A DNA stretch of 63,853 bases, counting the filler, from Reticulomyxa filosa (taxonomy: Eukaryota; Protista; Foraminifera), in the NCBI GenBank assembly GCA_000512085.1. It is 18 parts of 18 records of this genome, joined end to end, with 100 filler letters (N's around TTAATTAATTAA, not from the genome) between each part and the next. Parts side by side here need not be neighbours in the genome. Positions count along the whole stretch, not along the records: positions 48,353 to 56,695 come from ASPP01027279.1; positions 56,796 to 58,864 come from ASPP01029585.1; positions 58,965 to 59,998 come from ASPP01005099.1; positions 60,099 to 62,093 come from ASPP01020783.1; 14 more parts are not named here. One strand, given 5' to 3'. Made by a program: the position numbers and the translations under genes. The notes beneath the pieces were generated by a model. That model ran no database searches. It had not been told where the DNA came from and saw nothing but the letters and a program-made list of their open reading frames with translations. Each line of letters opens with the position of its first letter. Within the stretch, counting starts at the first letter, position 1. Positions 51,131 to 62,193 of the stretch are shown here, in pieces.

Positions 51131-51925
51131 TTGTCTGCAAAGATGTGCAGCAACACCAACAAAACTGGAACAAGTACGGAAAATGTCCTAAAAAATCTAA
51201 AAACTGCTGAGAAGACAAAGCTGGTGACATTGATGTCAAGTTGTGATCATGAGGGTTTTGTACAATATTTACGATCAGGATTGGGTTTGAATTTGTCACC
51301 GAGAGATCAGCAAATAATATGGGACGCATTGTCTCAAAAGTTTGCAAGCATTCCAAGTCCAAGTTTTTTTTGTTGCAATATTCGTTTTTTTCGTTCCCAC
51401 CAGAAAATTCTAGTGAATTTTTTTTGCGCGAAGTACCGTAATGTTTGAAAGCGTAGAAAAAAAAAAAAATAATAACAAATAGATCAAAGCGGGGCCGCAT
51501 CTGGTGAGGTTGGTTGTAAGAACTCGTTGGAGTTAATTCCAGAAGAACGTGAAATGACGGTTTTTCAATCCACGGCTCGAAACACTGACGACAATATTGA
51601 TGAGACTAAAAAAGAAAAAACCAGCAATGAAAAAAGATGGTACAGTCGATTGGTAAGTCGGAAACGAGGAGAACAAGCAATAGATGAGAAGCAGGAACAA
51701 TCAAGGAAAGCAAATGATCCCTTGTCAAGCCCTCCACCAACGAGGACAAGAGGTGTTGCACGCAATTCTATCGCTTGCGAAAAAAGTGAAACCTATGTCA
51801 TTCCTTTGAAACCTCCCGCTAATGAACTGTTGATTGTGGTTGTTAACACTGGTAACAACTGCAAAGAGTACAAACATCAATGTAAACGCGAGCATGATGA
51901 AGACGATGTACTCATTTGGGTGTGA
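51131..51925 (+). CDS. Hypothetical protein, probably spliced
   Basis: Two same-strand ORFs (51131-51448 and 51527-51925) separated by a poly-T/poly-A intron-like stretch. Confidence 0.4.
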
Positions 51926-52558
51926 TTTATCTTTTACTTTGTTAACGGTTTTTTTTTTCTCGTTATTATTATAATTTGCGTTTGCGTATGTGCGTATTTT
52001 CTTATGTACTTCTGACAAGACATATCCCACTCTATTTTTTGATGTACCTTCAATTTAAATGGTTCATTTTTTTTGTTTTTTTTTTTTATTTTTTTTCTGT
52101 TGTCTTTCTTTGTTTGTCTAAGCACGTACAATTTTGGGTGCAATAAGAAATATCATTTCTTTTTGCCTTAAAATTGTTTTTTTGGTCTGGTATACTTTCC
52201 GTAGATAATATATTATGGCCTTAAATCATGACAATTTTTTTCCAAAGTTTCGTTTATTGCGTTTTTATTGTTTGTTACTGGCTTTTTTTTTTGCACACCC
52301 TTTTCAATCGTTTTTGGTGCAATCACCACGATATCTCACTTTCCGATCTTCAAAGAACCACTTTTACCAAGATCCGGATAAGAAATTGCGTGCTGGAAAC
52401 AAAGCACTTTTCGGCGATTATGCTTTTTAAAACAGGCCTTGAAATGAGTTTTGTAATTTAACCAAGACAGATAGTACTGCGTATTTCGGAAACAATTTTA
52501 AGAAAGAACGACGTAGGACACAAAAAGGGTTTGACACTTGGTCCACCAAGATTAAGAC

Positions 52559-53228
52559 ATGGCCCTAGAAAAAAACTCACAGTGCAAAAACTCGAATATA
52601 ACAACAAAGATAAGTGAGAATTTTCCTTTGGTCATGTAACGATAAAAAGTCCACATATCTTTGCAGTAACCAAGTTGTCGTACGCCAGTGTAAACTTGAA
52701 ACCTGTATTGCCTGGTATGTGATTCTTTCGGTCAAGTTTAAAGGTCGAAAAACCACGGAGACGAAGGTAACAGGGGAAAAAATGAAGGTCATGTACTGGT
52801 GATCACGCAGCGAAAAGTTGAACGAATGAAAGATTTAACACCAGAAGAGCTGTCTGATATGTGGCTGCTAGCACAGCAAGTCTCAGTAATCCTAGAGCAA
52901 CAATACAATGCATCTTCTGCCACATTCGCAATTCAAGATGGTATCGATGCAGGGCAAACTATCAAGCAAGTGCATATCCATATTATTCCTAGACATAAAA
53001 ATGATTTTGAATCGAATGACCAAATATATACTGAGGTATGTTTTTTTGTTGTTTGATACTGTTTTGCAAAATGCTCCTTTGGTTGGAAATTCACAGCTAG
53101 AAAAAGACAGCAAACACGGCAAGAAATTGGATTTAGATGATAAAACACGAAAAGTTCAATCTTTTGAAGAAATGGCAAAAGAATCACAAACTTACAGAGA
53201 AGCGTTAGAAAAATATCTCAAAGATTAA
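52559..53228 (+). CDS. FHIT: Bis(5'-adenosyl)-triphosphatase (FHIT-branch HIT hydrolase), 3 exons; start uncertain
   Basis: FGHVTIKSPHIFAVTKLSYASVNLKPVLPG|HVLVITQRKVERMKDLTPEELSDMW..FAIQDGIDAGQTIKQVHIHIIPRHKNDFESNDQIYTE|LE..EEMAKES..YR. Introns at about 52715-52788 and 53036-53097. Joining to the ATG at 52559 needs a one-base homopolymer correction near 52627. Confidence 0.93.
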
Positions 53229-53570
53229 TTTTTTCATATTAGCTTTGGTTCTTTTTCTTTTTGCAAAAAATTCAACATTTGTGTTAAACATCCAAATGCT
53301 TTTTTATCTGCAAATCTTCTTATTCTCATATTACTACCAATGATATCCATTTATCAAAAGATGAGGTTGATGCTTCCAAACTCAAGTTACAAATAGAAGA
53401 ATAATTACAACATGAGATAAACAATCAACTTTATATGAAGTTGATTGACAGCAATCTATTTTTGTTTTTTATGTAGTTTTTGCGTTGAAAAATTTTGTAC
53501 AAGTACAGTAACTAGAAAGACCACAAAAACTCCTTTTCAATTAACTTTATCCAGAGACAAGAAAAGAGTA

Positions 53571-56500
53571 ATGGCTGAAATTCAAAAAAATGCAAAAGAT
53601 AATCACAAGCGTGTGTCATCATGTACGTTAATCTGATTTAAGTGTTTGTCATGTATGTTTGCACGCTTTGGAAAGAAATGAGACGGAACATTATTGTATA
53701 CAGCTGGTCTGGAAGGGCTGAAGATACTGACGGATATCATAAGCCAACATTTGAGGCGAATGAAGGAACAAGATTCGTTAGTGGAAGCAGCTATCGATAA
53801 CGTATCTGACAAAGAGAATCAAACGATGTTAAGAAAAGCCAAACAAAAAGCTTTGGAAGAAGAAAAACAGTTATTGAGTTCATTGCAGTTATTGGAATTG
53901 GGTGATTTTCTGCGAAACTCAGTTGAGTTTTTTTTGCAATTTATCTTTTCTCTCATTACGGCCTTGTGGAATTACGTGTAACACATATCTTTTTTTTTTT
54001 GAACAAAAAGGTATTAATTCAGAGAATGTATGACGAGTTATATGTACCTCATAAAAGTGAGCAGAAAAAGGCAAGAACTACTTATGCACCAGAAATGGAA
54101 GAATATGAAAGCAAGCCAGTGCCTTTGACTGAAGTTTTTTTAAGAAAATTACATCTCTTCTTTTGATACATCTTGGGAAGGGATACGTGTACATGTATAT
54201 ACATTGCATATATGTACATAAAAGGGGTCAAATATTGTATCGCTTTTATTTGGAGCACAACATTTGTATCTCCCTGCTTTTGAAAAGTTCATTTCTCAAG
54301 TGTTGTCCCAATTCAAGAAACAAGAGATAAAATTAGTCAATCATTCCAAAGTGTCATGCAAGAATATTGAACGAACTTTTTTACAAGGTTTGTTTTTTTT
54401 TTTTATGTATTATAAGCGTTACAAATGATACGTATATATAATTGACATTTTTTAGAGACTATTTTTCGAAACTTACTTTTACGAATGAAATACATAAATA
54501 CATCACAAATGACAAATAATGAACAATTGCAATGTTACAGACGTATTACGTATATATCGGGGATCACAAGAAACTGACCGATTTGTTGCGATGCTTGTTT
54601 GTGTTTGATAACTTTGGCGATTTGTATCGAGCATTTGCGATAATAAAAGACATGACAAATGAGAATAAGGCAATGAAAGGTGGAATATTACGCGTGGAAG
54701 ATCGGTTCAATAGCGAAGAAGTCCCCTTCGGATATCGAGACTTGACAGTGAACGTGAATTGCCCGGGGACCAATTTGGTCTGCGAAGTGCAATTCCATCA
54801 TCGACTCTTTTACAAGTATCATAAGCACTCACATAACATATACAAGCGTGCCAGATTGTTTGAAGCTGGCGGTCGAAACAAGGCCTACGACTACATTGTG
54901 AAATACATTGAACCAAAGATTAGCCAAGATGAGCATTACGTCGCATGCACGAGCCTTGATACGAACACAAACGCGAAAACGGATGATGCCACTGACATTG
55001 ATGTTGATATGGACATTGAAACCGACAATGGCACTACCAATGACAATGACACTACCAATGACAATGACAGCGAAAAAGAGGAGGAAGAAGGAGCAGCCAA
55101 CGCCGTCACCAAAGGCAAAAGCGAAACGCACAAAGCCACGTGTCAAGACCTGCTCAAAAAGTGGCTTCCTGATCGAACTCAAAAGTCGTCGGACGGTATT
55201 ATCCAAATTGACGTTGACGGCACACCAAAGTCATATTTGCAAATCCTAGGTTAATATATTTTTTTTAAAAAAAATAAATTAGATGAATAAATTATTTCTC
55301 CTACGCGTATACACCATACATATATGCACATATACATATAATATGTGTATATACTCTTGACACAGAGGGAGATGGATTTGACCTCGTGGAAAGCTGGGAG
55401 GACTTGACTGAAGACGACTTGAAAGAAATGGGATTCAAGACCGGACATTTGAGGGCATTTTTGAAACAGAAGAAAGAGTACTTTGAAAATATCAACCAAA
55501 AAAAACAGGCTAAACAACAAGCCATGGAAAAGACCAAAAGAGAGCGACATGAGAGATTGGAAAGGGACTGGATGAAGAGAGAAGAAGGACGACGACACAA
55601 TGAGATATTGGGAAAAGAAAAAGAAGAAAAAGAAAAAGCAAATGAATTGGAATTGAATAGATTACGATTGGAAAATGAGAAATTGAAAGCACAAGCAAGC
55701 AAGAAAGACACAGAGGAGGAACACAAGTGTGTGGACGCACGAAAGGGCAGTAATGAGGTTGTGGTCCAACCCTTGGACGACTTGCATATCTATGGACAAC
55801 TGGACGACGAAAAATACTTGTTGATTGAAGACACGGTGAAATGTCTGACCACGGTCGAGTCGATTGTAATCTCGTGCCAATGGAAGGATCAAGGCTGGGG
55901 AAACCAAAAGTCAAGGATTTATTTGCGCATCATCGACCCCAGTGGACGTCCAAAACAAGACGTGGATATTTTTGGCATTGCGTCTCATCACTGGCAAAAT
56001 GTGACCAAGACTTATGACGGAAACACAGAGATCATAAAGGCTATTGCCAAAGGGGATAGTCTTCAATTTGCGCGTTATGTCGGAAGTGGTGGAGGACACG
56101 AAGTTTTGTTTTTTTTTTATGTATCAAGTTTTTATAACTATGTATTGTGTGTGTGTTTATGGAATGGGGCACACGTAGCTATTTGTGAATGGATTCAAAG
56201 CAGTGATCAACTTCAGTTACAATCTTCCTTATATATATGTATATATATGTATATCTATCATCTCAACCAATGCAAGTCAACAACCCCTCCTTTTCAATCA
56301 AATCTTTGTGTGTGGCTGCATGCTTTATGGACAAAGATGTGACCGGACAAGAAGTGGTGGAAGTGAATGCAGAAGATATGCATTTATATGGAGAGCTCAA
56401 CGATAAGAAACAGTTGCTGGTTGAAGACACAGTGCGATGTAATGCAGCGGTCGAATCAGTAACGATCTCTTGCCAATGGAAAGATCAAGGATGGGGAAAC

Positions 56501-56695
56501 TGCAAGTCACGCATCTTTTTGCGTATCAACGAAGCAGATGGAACACGAAAGCAAGATGTTGATTTGTTTGGAATTGCGTCACATAATTGGGAAAAAGTCA
56601 GCAAAACCTTTGATGCTGACAACGAGGTCGTCAAAGGCATTCCTAAAGGTGGCTCTCTTCAATTTGTTCGTTATGTCGGCGATGGTGGTGGACAT
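53571..56695 (+). CDS. Multidomain protein: helical N-terminus, RelA/SpoT-like nucleotidyltransferase, SAM, coiled coil, at least two tandem 'DQGWG' domains; multi-exon, 3'-partial
   Basis: KNIERTF(YK)|TYY..LTDLLRCLFVF..ILRVEDRF..GYRDLTVNV..VCEVQFH..HNIYKRAR. SAM: DLLKKW..SYLQIL|EGDGFDLVESWEDLTEDDLKEMGFKTGHLRAFLK. Two repeats with CQWKDQGWGN.KSRI.LRI and FxRYVGxGGGH. GT-AG introns join these segments, with one extra T needed near 54380. Confidence 0.8.
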
Positions 56696-56835
56696 NNNNN
56701 NNNNNNNNNNNNNNNNNNNNNNNNNNNNNNNNNNNNNNNTTAATTAATTAANNNNNNNNNNNNNNNNNNNNNNNNNNNNNNNNNNNNNNNNNNNNGATAT
56801 TGCTTTTTTAATCCAATCAAATTTGTTTTGTACAG

Positions 56836-57920
56836 ACATTGCTATTGCTCGCGTTGGATGAGACCGTTTGGCACGTCAACACTGCTGTTCGAGGTCCCTC
56901 GTGTTATGCCCAAATTGCTGTTTGCAATACGGGAGTGGTTTTGTCCAAAGACATCCCCTTCGAGACTGTCCGCTTGTGCATTTTTTATGAGTGTCCTCAA
57001 TTCGAAGTTCTTTTTTTTTTTTTTTTTTTATTTGAATGAAATTGCACTATCTGCACTGAGAGAAAGAGAAAGGGAAAACAACAACACTCAGAAAATGAAA
57101 GATGACACAATGAAGCGGTATGTCCGACACTTCAAGCTACAATCCACGTGTCAACTGGCCTTTGTGACCAGCTTGCAACAAGATAGTCGTCTCATTTACA
57201 ACTTTTTGAGAGAGGAACATAGAGAAGTTTTATGCTACACTAAAACCGGTTTTAAACTGTTTGACCGAGTCTCGGGCTATCAACTACCCACAACTAAAGT
57301 TTGCTGTTGTTTTTTTTTTAAAAAAAAAAATCTATAATACAAAAATACATATTTATACATATATAAAATATAAATATTATGTAAAGCAATATATTCATCA
57401 ACAAAGACGAAAACAAGGAATTAACATTCGAAACAATTTAGTTAAGGTAAGATACAACAGAAAGCTTGCAATACTAAGCAAAGCACTTACAAGCCTTGGC
57501 TTATTTGACAAATGGATTCCTATTCTTTTGAAACATCACGTTGATGATGACTCTTTACCCTATTTGAAGGAAAGCCATTTCGACCAAATCCAAGGTCTTT
57601 CGGTTGGCGATAAAATCAAGTTTTTCAGTTGGCTGGCTCAGTATCAATATAACTATCATCAACAGTTGCAACAATGGTCGCGTTTGAATCAACTCGAAGT
57701 CAAAAAAGTCGCCAACAAACCCTCTGTTTCTGTTTCTCGAGGAGATAGCACTGGCTGTGTTGATTGCCGTGAACACACTGCTAATATGTTGGCCTCTCCT
57801 TGCAATCACCTTGCTTTGTGTGAGACTTGCGCAAAACTTAGAGAAAGAAGCAATGCTTGTGTTGTTTGCAATCAAAAATCTGTCACTTTCATCAAAATTT
57901 TTCGTTTCATGATCGTTTTT
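56836..57920 (+). CDS. SAM plus C-terminal RING (MDM2/IAP/LRSAM1-like C3HC4) E3 ligase-like protein, 5'-partial, multi-exon
   Basis: SAM: LSKALTSLGLFDKWIPILLKHHVDDDSLPYLKESHFDQIQGLSVGDKIKF. RING: CVDC..ANMLASPCNHLALCETC..CVVCNQK..FIKIF. Confidence 0.8.
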
Positions 57921-58151
57921 CTCTTGCATCTTTGCTCCTGTCTCTCTGTTTGTTTTATTTTTTTTTTTTTCAAAGCTTGTCTTGAAAACCAAAAAAAATT
58001 CTTGGAAGATTGTGATTATTTTTTTTCTAAAAAAAAAAAACGACCACTTTGAGCCCCAAAGATAGTGTACAAATGTGGAAGAAGTCTTTATATTTCTTTT
58101 TTTTGAAAAGACCCTTTTTGAATGTGTATGTGGGAAGCAAACTAACCAAAA

Positions 58152-58864
58152 ATGCCAAAGACTTGCAACACTCCGAAAACATCTGGACGTTCTCCAAAAA
58201 AGGAGACGAATTATTATTCGCAGAAATATCCCTCCTTTTACTCGCCCACGTATTACACAGCTGACAATAACGTGATAAATTCCCAAAGTGGTGCAGTAAA
58301 TTGGGACCATGGCAATGGTCCTCAAAAGATGGCGAATAACCAATCGACGATTACCACAGCAACGGATTTGCATAGGTTTGGGATTGTGACCATTTTGATG
58401 GTTATATTGGTTATAATTCTGGGTTCCTTTTACATACGTTTGTTTTCAAAATCATCGACTGAGATGAAAAGAATGGAAAAAAGCGACAAGAAAGGAGCCA
58501 ACTTGAGTCTAACAAATAATAATAACTCCAAAAAAAAAAAGGAAAAAAAAGTAGTGCACAAAATGGATAACAAAGCATCTCTCAATATTTCAACCAAAGA
58601 TAAAGATAAAGATAAAAATAAAAGCCAAAGTATCAAAGAGTTTTTGCAAAAAATATTGACATGGTCGACTTACGCTAAGAAAATAACCACAAAAAAAGAA
58701 AAAGCCAATCAAAATAAGAAATGTATCCAAGCTGTTGGGTATAACAATAACAATAACAATAACAATAACAAGAGCAATAATAATAATAACAAATCTGCAT
58801 CCACTTCAAATTTGCTTTCGTCAATGAAACAGGTATTTTTTCCAAAAAAAAAAAAATATAATAT
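58152..58864 (+). CDS. Single-pass membrane hypothetical protein (3'-partial)
   Basis: ATG-initiated ORF with one TM helix (FGIVTILMVILVIILGSFYI) and a Lys/Asn-rich tail. Confidence 0.6.
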
Positions 58865-60098
58865 NNNNNNNNNNNNNNNNNNNNNNNNNNNNNNNNNNNN
58901 NNNNNNNNTTAATTAATTAANNNNNNNNNNNNNNNNNNNNNNNNNNNNNNNNNNNNNNNNNNNNGCGCTTCATTTCATCGATAGATTTGGTTCATATTGT
59001 CATGTTATCACTGGTGGTGACTCGTGATATGGATTATGTAATTGTAATTTATTTTACAAATATTAGTTGATGAATTTGTGGGTCAATCCCAAGTTTGCTC
59101 CCAATTTATTTGTTTCTTGTCGATTTATTAGCATGGCTTCCAATTTTTCCAATATTATCTTCAAGTGAATATATCATTCTCTGAAAAAAGATTTCACAAT
59201 TGCATTTAGTAACGTCTATTCATGTTTGATGTTTAGTTGTTCATGGCAATACGATTTGAAGAGGAGGCAATTCAAGCAGTACTATTATCGGAAGAGCTCA
59301 TATAGCTAATAAACAGTGCCAATACCATCCACCATCAAAGATAAGACATTGAATGCCTTCTATTCAGCCAAAACATTGACAGCAATGGAATAAGTATTAC
59401 GCGCTGACTCTGCTCCGGACAGGTTTTTAATAATATCTAACGCTTTTACCGGGACACTTTGTTTGTTATTTCAAATCTATGTATACAATAACAATATATC
59501 AATTGGAGTTTATTGAAGAAAGAGGAAGGTAACTTCTTGTCTCAAATTCACTTCAATTGGTCTTTCCATTACACCAGAATCTCCTTTTGATAATGACATT
59601 TGAACACGTAGGATTGGCCTTGCATTGTTTCAGTATGACATTCTGGAGGTAGCATTCAATTAGTTAGCGTGCAAATGTAAATAGTATGGAACATAGCATA
59701 GAAGCGTGAATGTTCGATAAACGAATATCCATTTAAAATTTTGGTCGATGGCACTGGATGGTGTAATTGTTGTCATTGCTGGTCGTTGGCTTTTTTTGAG
59801 TCGATGTCACTTTCAGTTCCAGAGGCTATCGAAAGCATATTGTTGATGGAATTGCATGTACATCAGTAGAAGCCTCATGCAAACGATAAATAAATGTGCA
59901 TTCATCTGCACTTATATATTACAGGCATTGTTGTTAACGTAAAGTGCGGGTCAATGGTCCAATGTCATTTCTATAATGTTATACGTATGTCAGATTTGNN
60001 NNNNNNNNNNNNNNNNNNNNNNNNNNNNNNNNNNNNNNNNNNTTAATTAATTAANNNNNNNNNNNNNNNNNNNNNNNNNNNNNNNNNNNNNNNNNNNN

Positions 60099-61032
60099 TT
60101 CCAAAACAAAATCGAACAAGTTCGACAACAAAGCCAAATGCAAAAGAATGACGCCGGAGATGCTGATTGCAACTTTTTTTTGATTAAGATGTACAAAGGT
60201 ATACTTGTTTTGGATTGTTGTGCAAACAATAGATACAAAACAAAACAATATCGTTAAATAAATGTGGTTTGGCTTGTATATGTGTATGTATACGTTATGG
60301 TACTTTAACTGACAGGCAACTGCATAACACTTCCATCTCCTCCTTTAGGAACAGAGCGATTTTTTGAGACCTATGAAGTTTATTCAAATTGCACCAAGAA
60401 AAAAAATAGACATATATGTATATGTATGTACATATCAATATGTATGCATATTGATAAAAATATGGATACACAAAGGAGCTACGAAGAGTAATCGAAAAAG
60501 TAGAAAATGAAAACGACGAAAAAAGCAATGTGGACTTCCAAGGAACTCATCATAATGACGGTGGTGTGAATTTTTTGCAATTCATCAAGTTAGTAATGAG
60601 CAAGATTGTAGCAAAAGATTGGAATCATTTCGATGATCAGTTTACTTCGATTCGTGTCGAAGTTTATAAATACCTTCAAAGAAAATTCTAAAAAGACATA
60701 AAAAAAAAAAAAAAAAACACCATTATGCAACAAATTTTGTTTGTTTAATGAATGAAAATAGAGACTACGAGAGTCTTTGGATCAGGCGATTATCACAGGA
60801 ACATATGAAAAAGGGACAAAATCCTATGTGGATAGGGAAGACATGGAAAATTTGCAAGACTTAAAAACTAATGCACCTATTGTAGTGACTTACGATGACG
60901 TGCACGACGAAAAAGAAAATATCATTCGAATTTCTGGTAAAAAATTGTTGGTTGCTCGCAAAACAAGTTTTAACGAATTACAAAAAATGATACAAGTTAA
61001 ACTTTGTGTGCATATATATACTTACTCATTGC

Positions 61033-61068
<36 letters not shown>

Positions 61069-62093
61069 ATTTGTGCAAACTAACTAGGGAGAAATAAAAG
61101 AAGAAAATATCGGGAATTTGCAAGAGAGATTCATTTGTGCGTTAAAGCGCATTGACGATGAAGGATTAAATTTGCGCAATTGCGTGCATCAATTATGGTG
61201 TGAGTTTGACAGCTCCGTCTTGAAACGAAGCTACAATACGTACAAACTCGCTTCTCGTGTGTTTCAGTTATTTGTCCAATGCGTGTTTGACCGAAGAAAG
61301 GCAAGAGTGAAAGAATGGATCGACGTCAACACACGTGCACTGAAGAGCACCGAAAAAGTGGAGGGATTGCTTAGATCCATGGAACAGCAATTTGAACACG
61401 TTCAGCGCACGTGCGTGAACCCTTGTGATATGTCGTGCAAAGAATGCCATTTTAATTGTCTGTTACTCGGAGATCATAGCAAAGAGGAGCACAACTGCTT
61501 GCAGCTCGAGCACATTTGTAAAGAGAAGTGCGATTTCTGCATCAAAGACAATGTGCAAGTGGGGCATATATTCAATAGGGGGAGAGGAGAGGAGGGAAAA
61601 AAAAAGCAAACAAACAAACAAACAAACAAACAAACAAACATTAATCAAACATGCCATCACTATTATATGTGTATATATGATTTATAATAATAATAATGAA
61701 TAAAGAAAGGAATACCAGTTCCGGAGGATGCTTTGTGCCATATTGCGTCAGGACATGACTCCTACCACATTTGCAAACAACGACAGCATAAATGTGACGG
61801 AAAGTGTATTTGGGAACAAAAGAACAACTGTTCGAAAAATTGCAACAAGGAAGCCGGGGTATGTTTGCACTCGCTCTGTTGTTTTGTCTGACTAATTTTG
61901 TGTGTGTGTGTGTGTGTGTGTATGTTGTGTAATATCTTTACAAAGCACTCCGGAGATTGCCTGTGTAGTTCAAAGAAACATGAGTGCAGGTAAAAACATA
62001 TTTGCAAAAAAAAAAAATTTAACAAATTAATCCATTGCTTATATATATATCTGTTTACGTTTGCATGCGTATATACGTATATACGTATACACA
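60099..62093 (+). CDS. Fragment of a large protein with tandem Cys/His-rich (Zn-binding-like) repeats; resembles the post-GTPase region of very-large-GTPase/vWA-type proteins
   Basis: NFLQFIKLVMSKIVAKDWNHFD..IRV, a helical region, then CDMSCKECHFNCLLLGDH..HNC..HICKEKCDFC..CHIASGH..HIC..HKCDGKC..CSKNCNKEAGH..CLC..HEC. Confidence 0.55.
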
Positions 62094-62193
62094 NNNNNNN
62101 NNNNNNNNNNNNNNNNNNNNNNNNNNNNNNNNNNNNNTTAATTAATTAANNNNNNNNNNNNNNNNNNNNNNNNNNNNNNNNNNNNNNNNNNNN

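Larger units (their letters stand above)
3803..62193. other. Artificial contig linkers (44 N + TTAATTAATTAA + 44 N) at 3803, 6097, 8046, 10816, 12055, 16435, 27193, 29752, 34211, 35317, 42981, 47102, 48253, 56696, 58865, 59999 and 62094
   Basis: The same 100-bp spacer occurs 17 times. TTAATTAATTAA puts stops in all six frames. Sequence and composition change across the spacers. Confidence 0.98.

Noticed and set aside
3803-62193. Recurring TTAATTAATTAA motif as a biological repeat or CRISPR-like array
   Set aside because: It is always centred in N runs with identical geometry: an artificial six-frame-stop linker.
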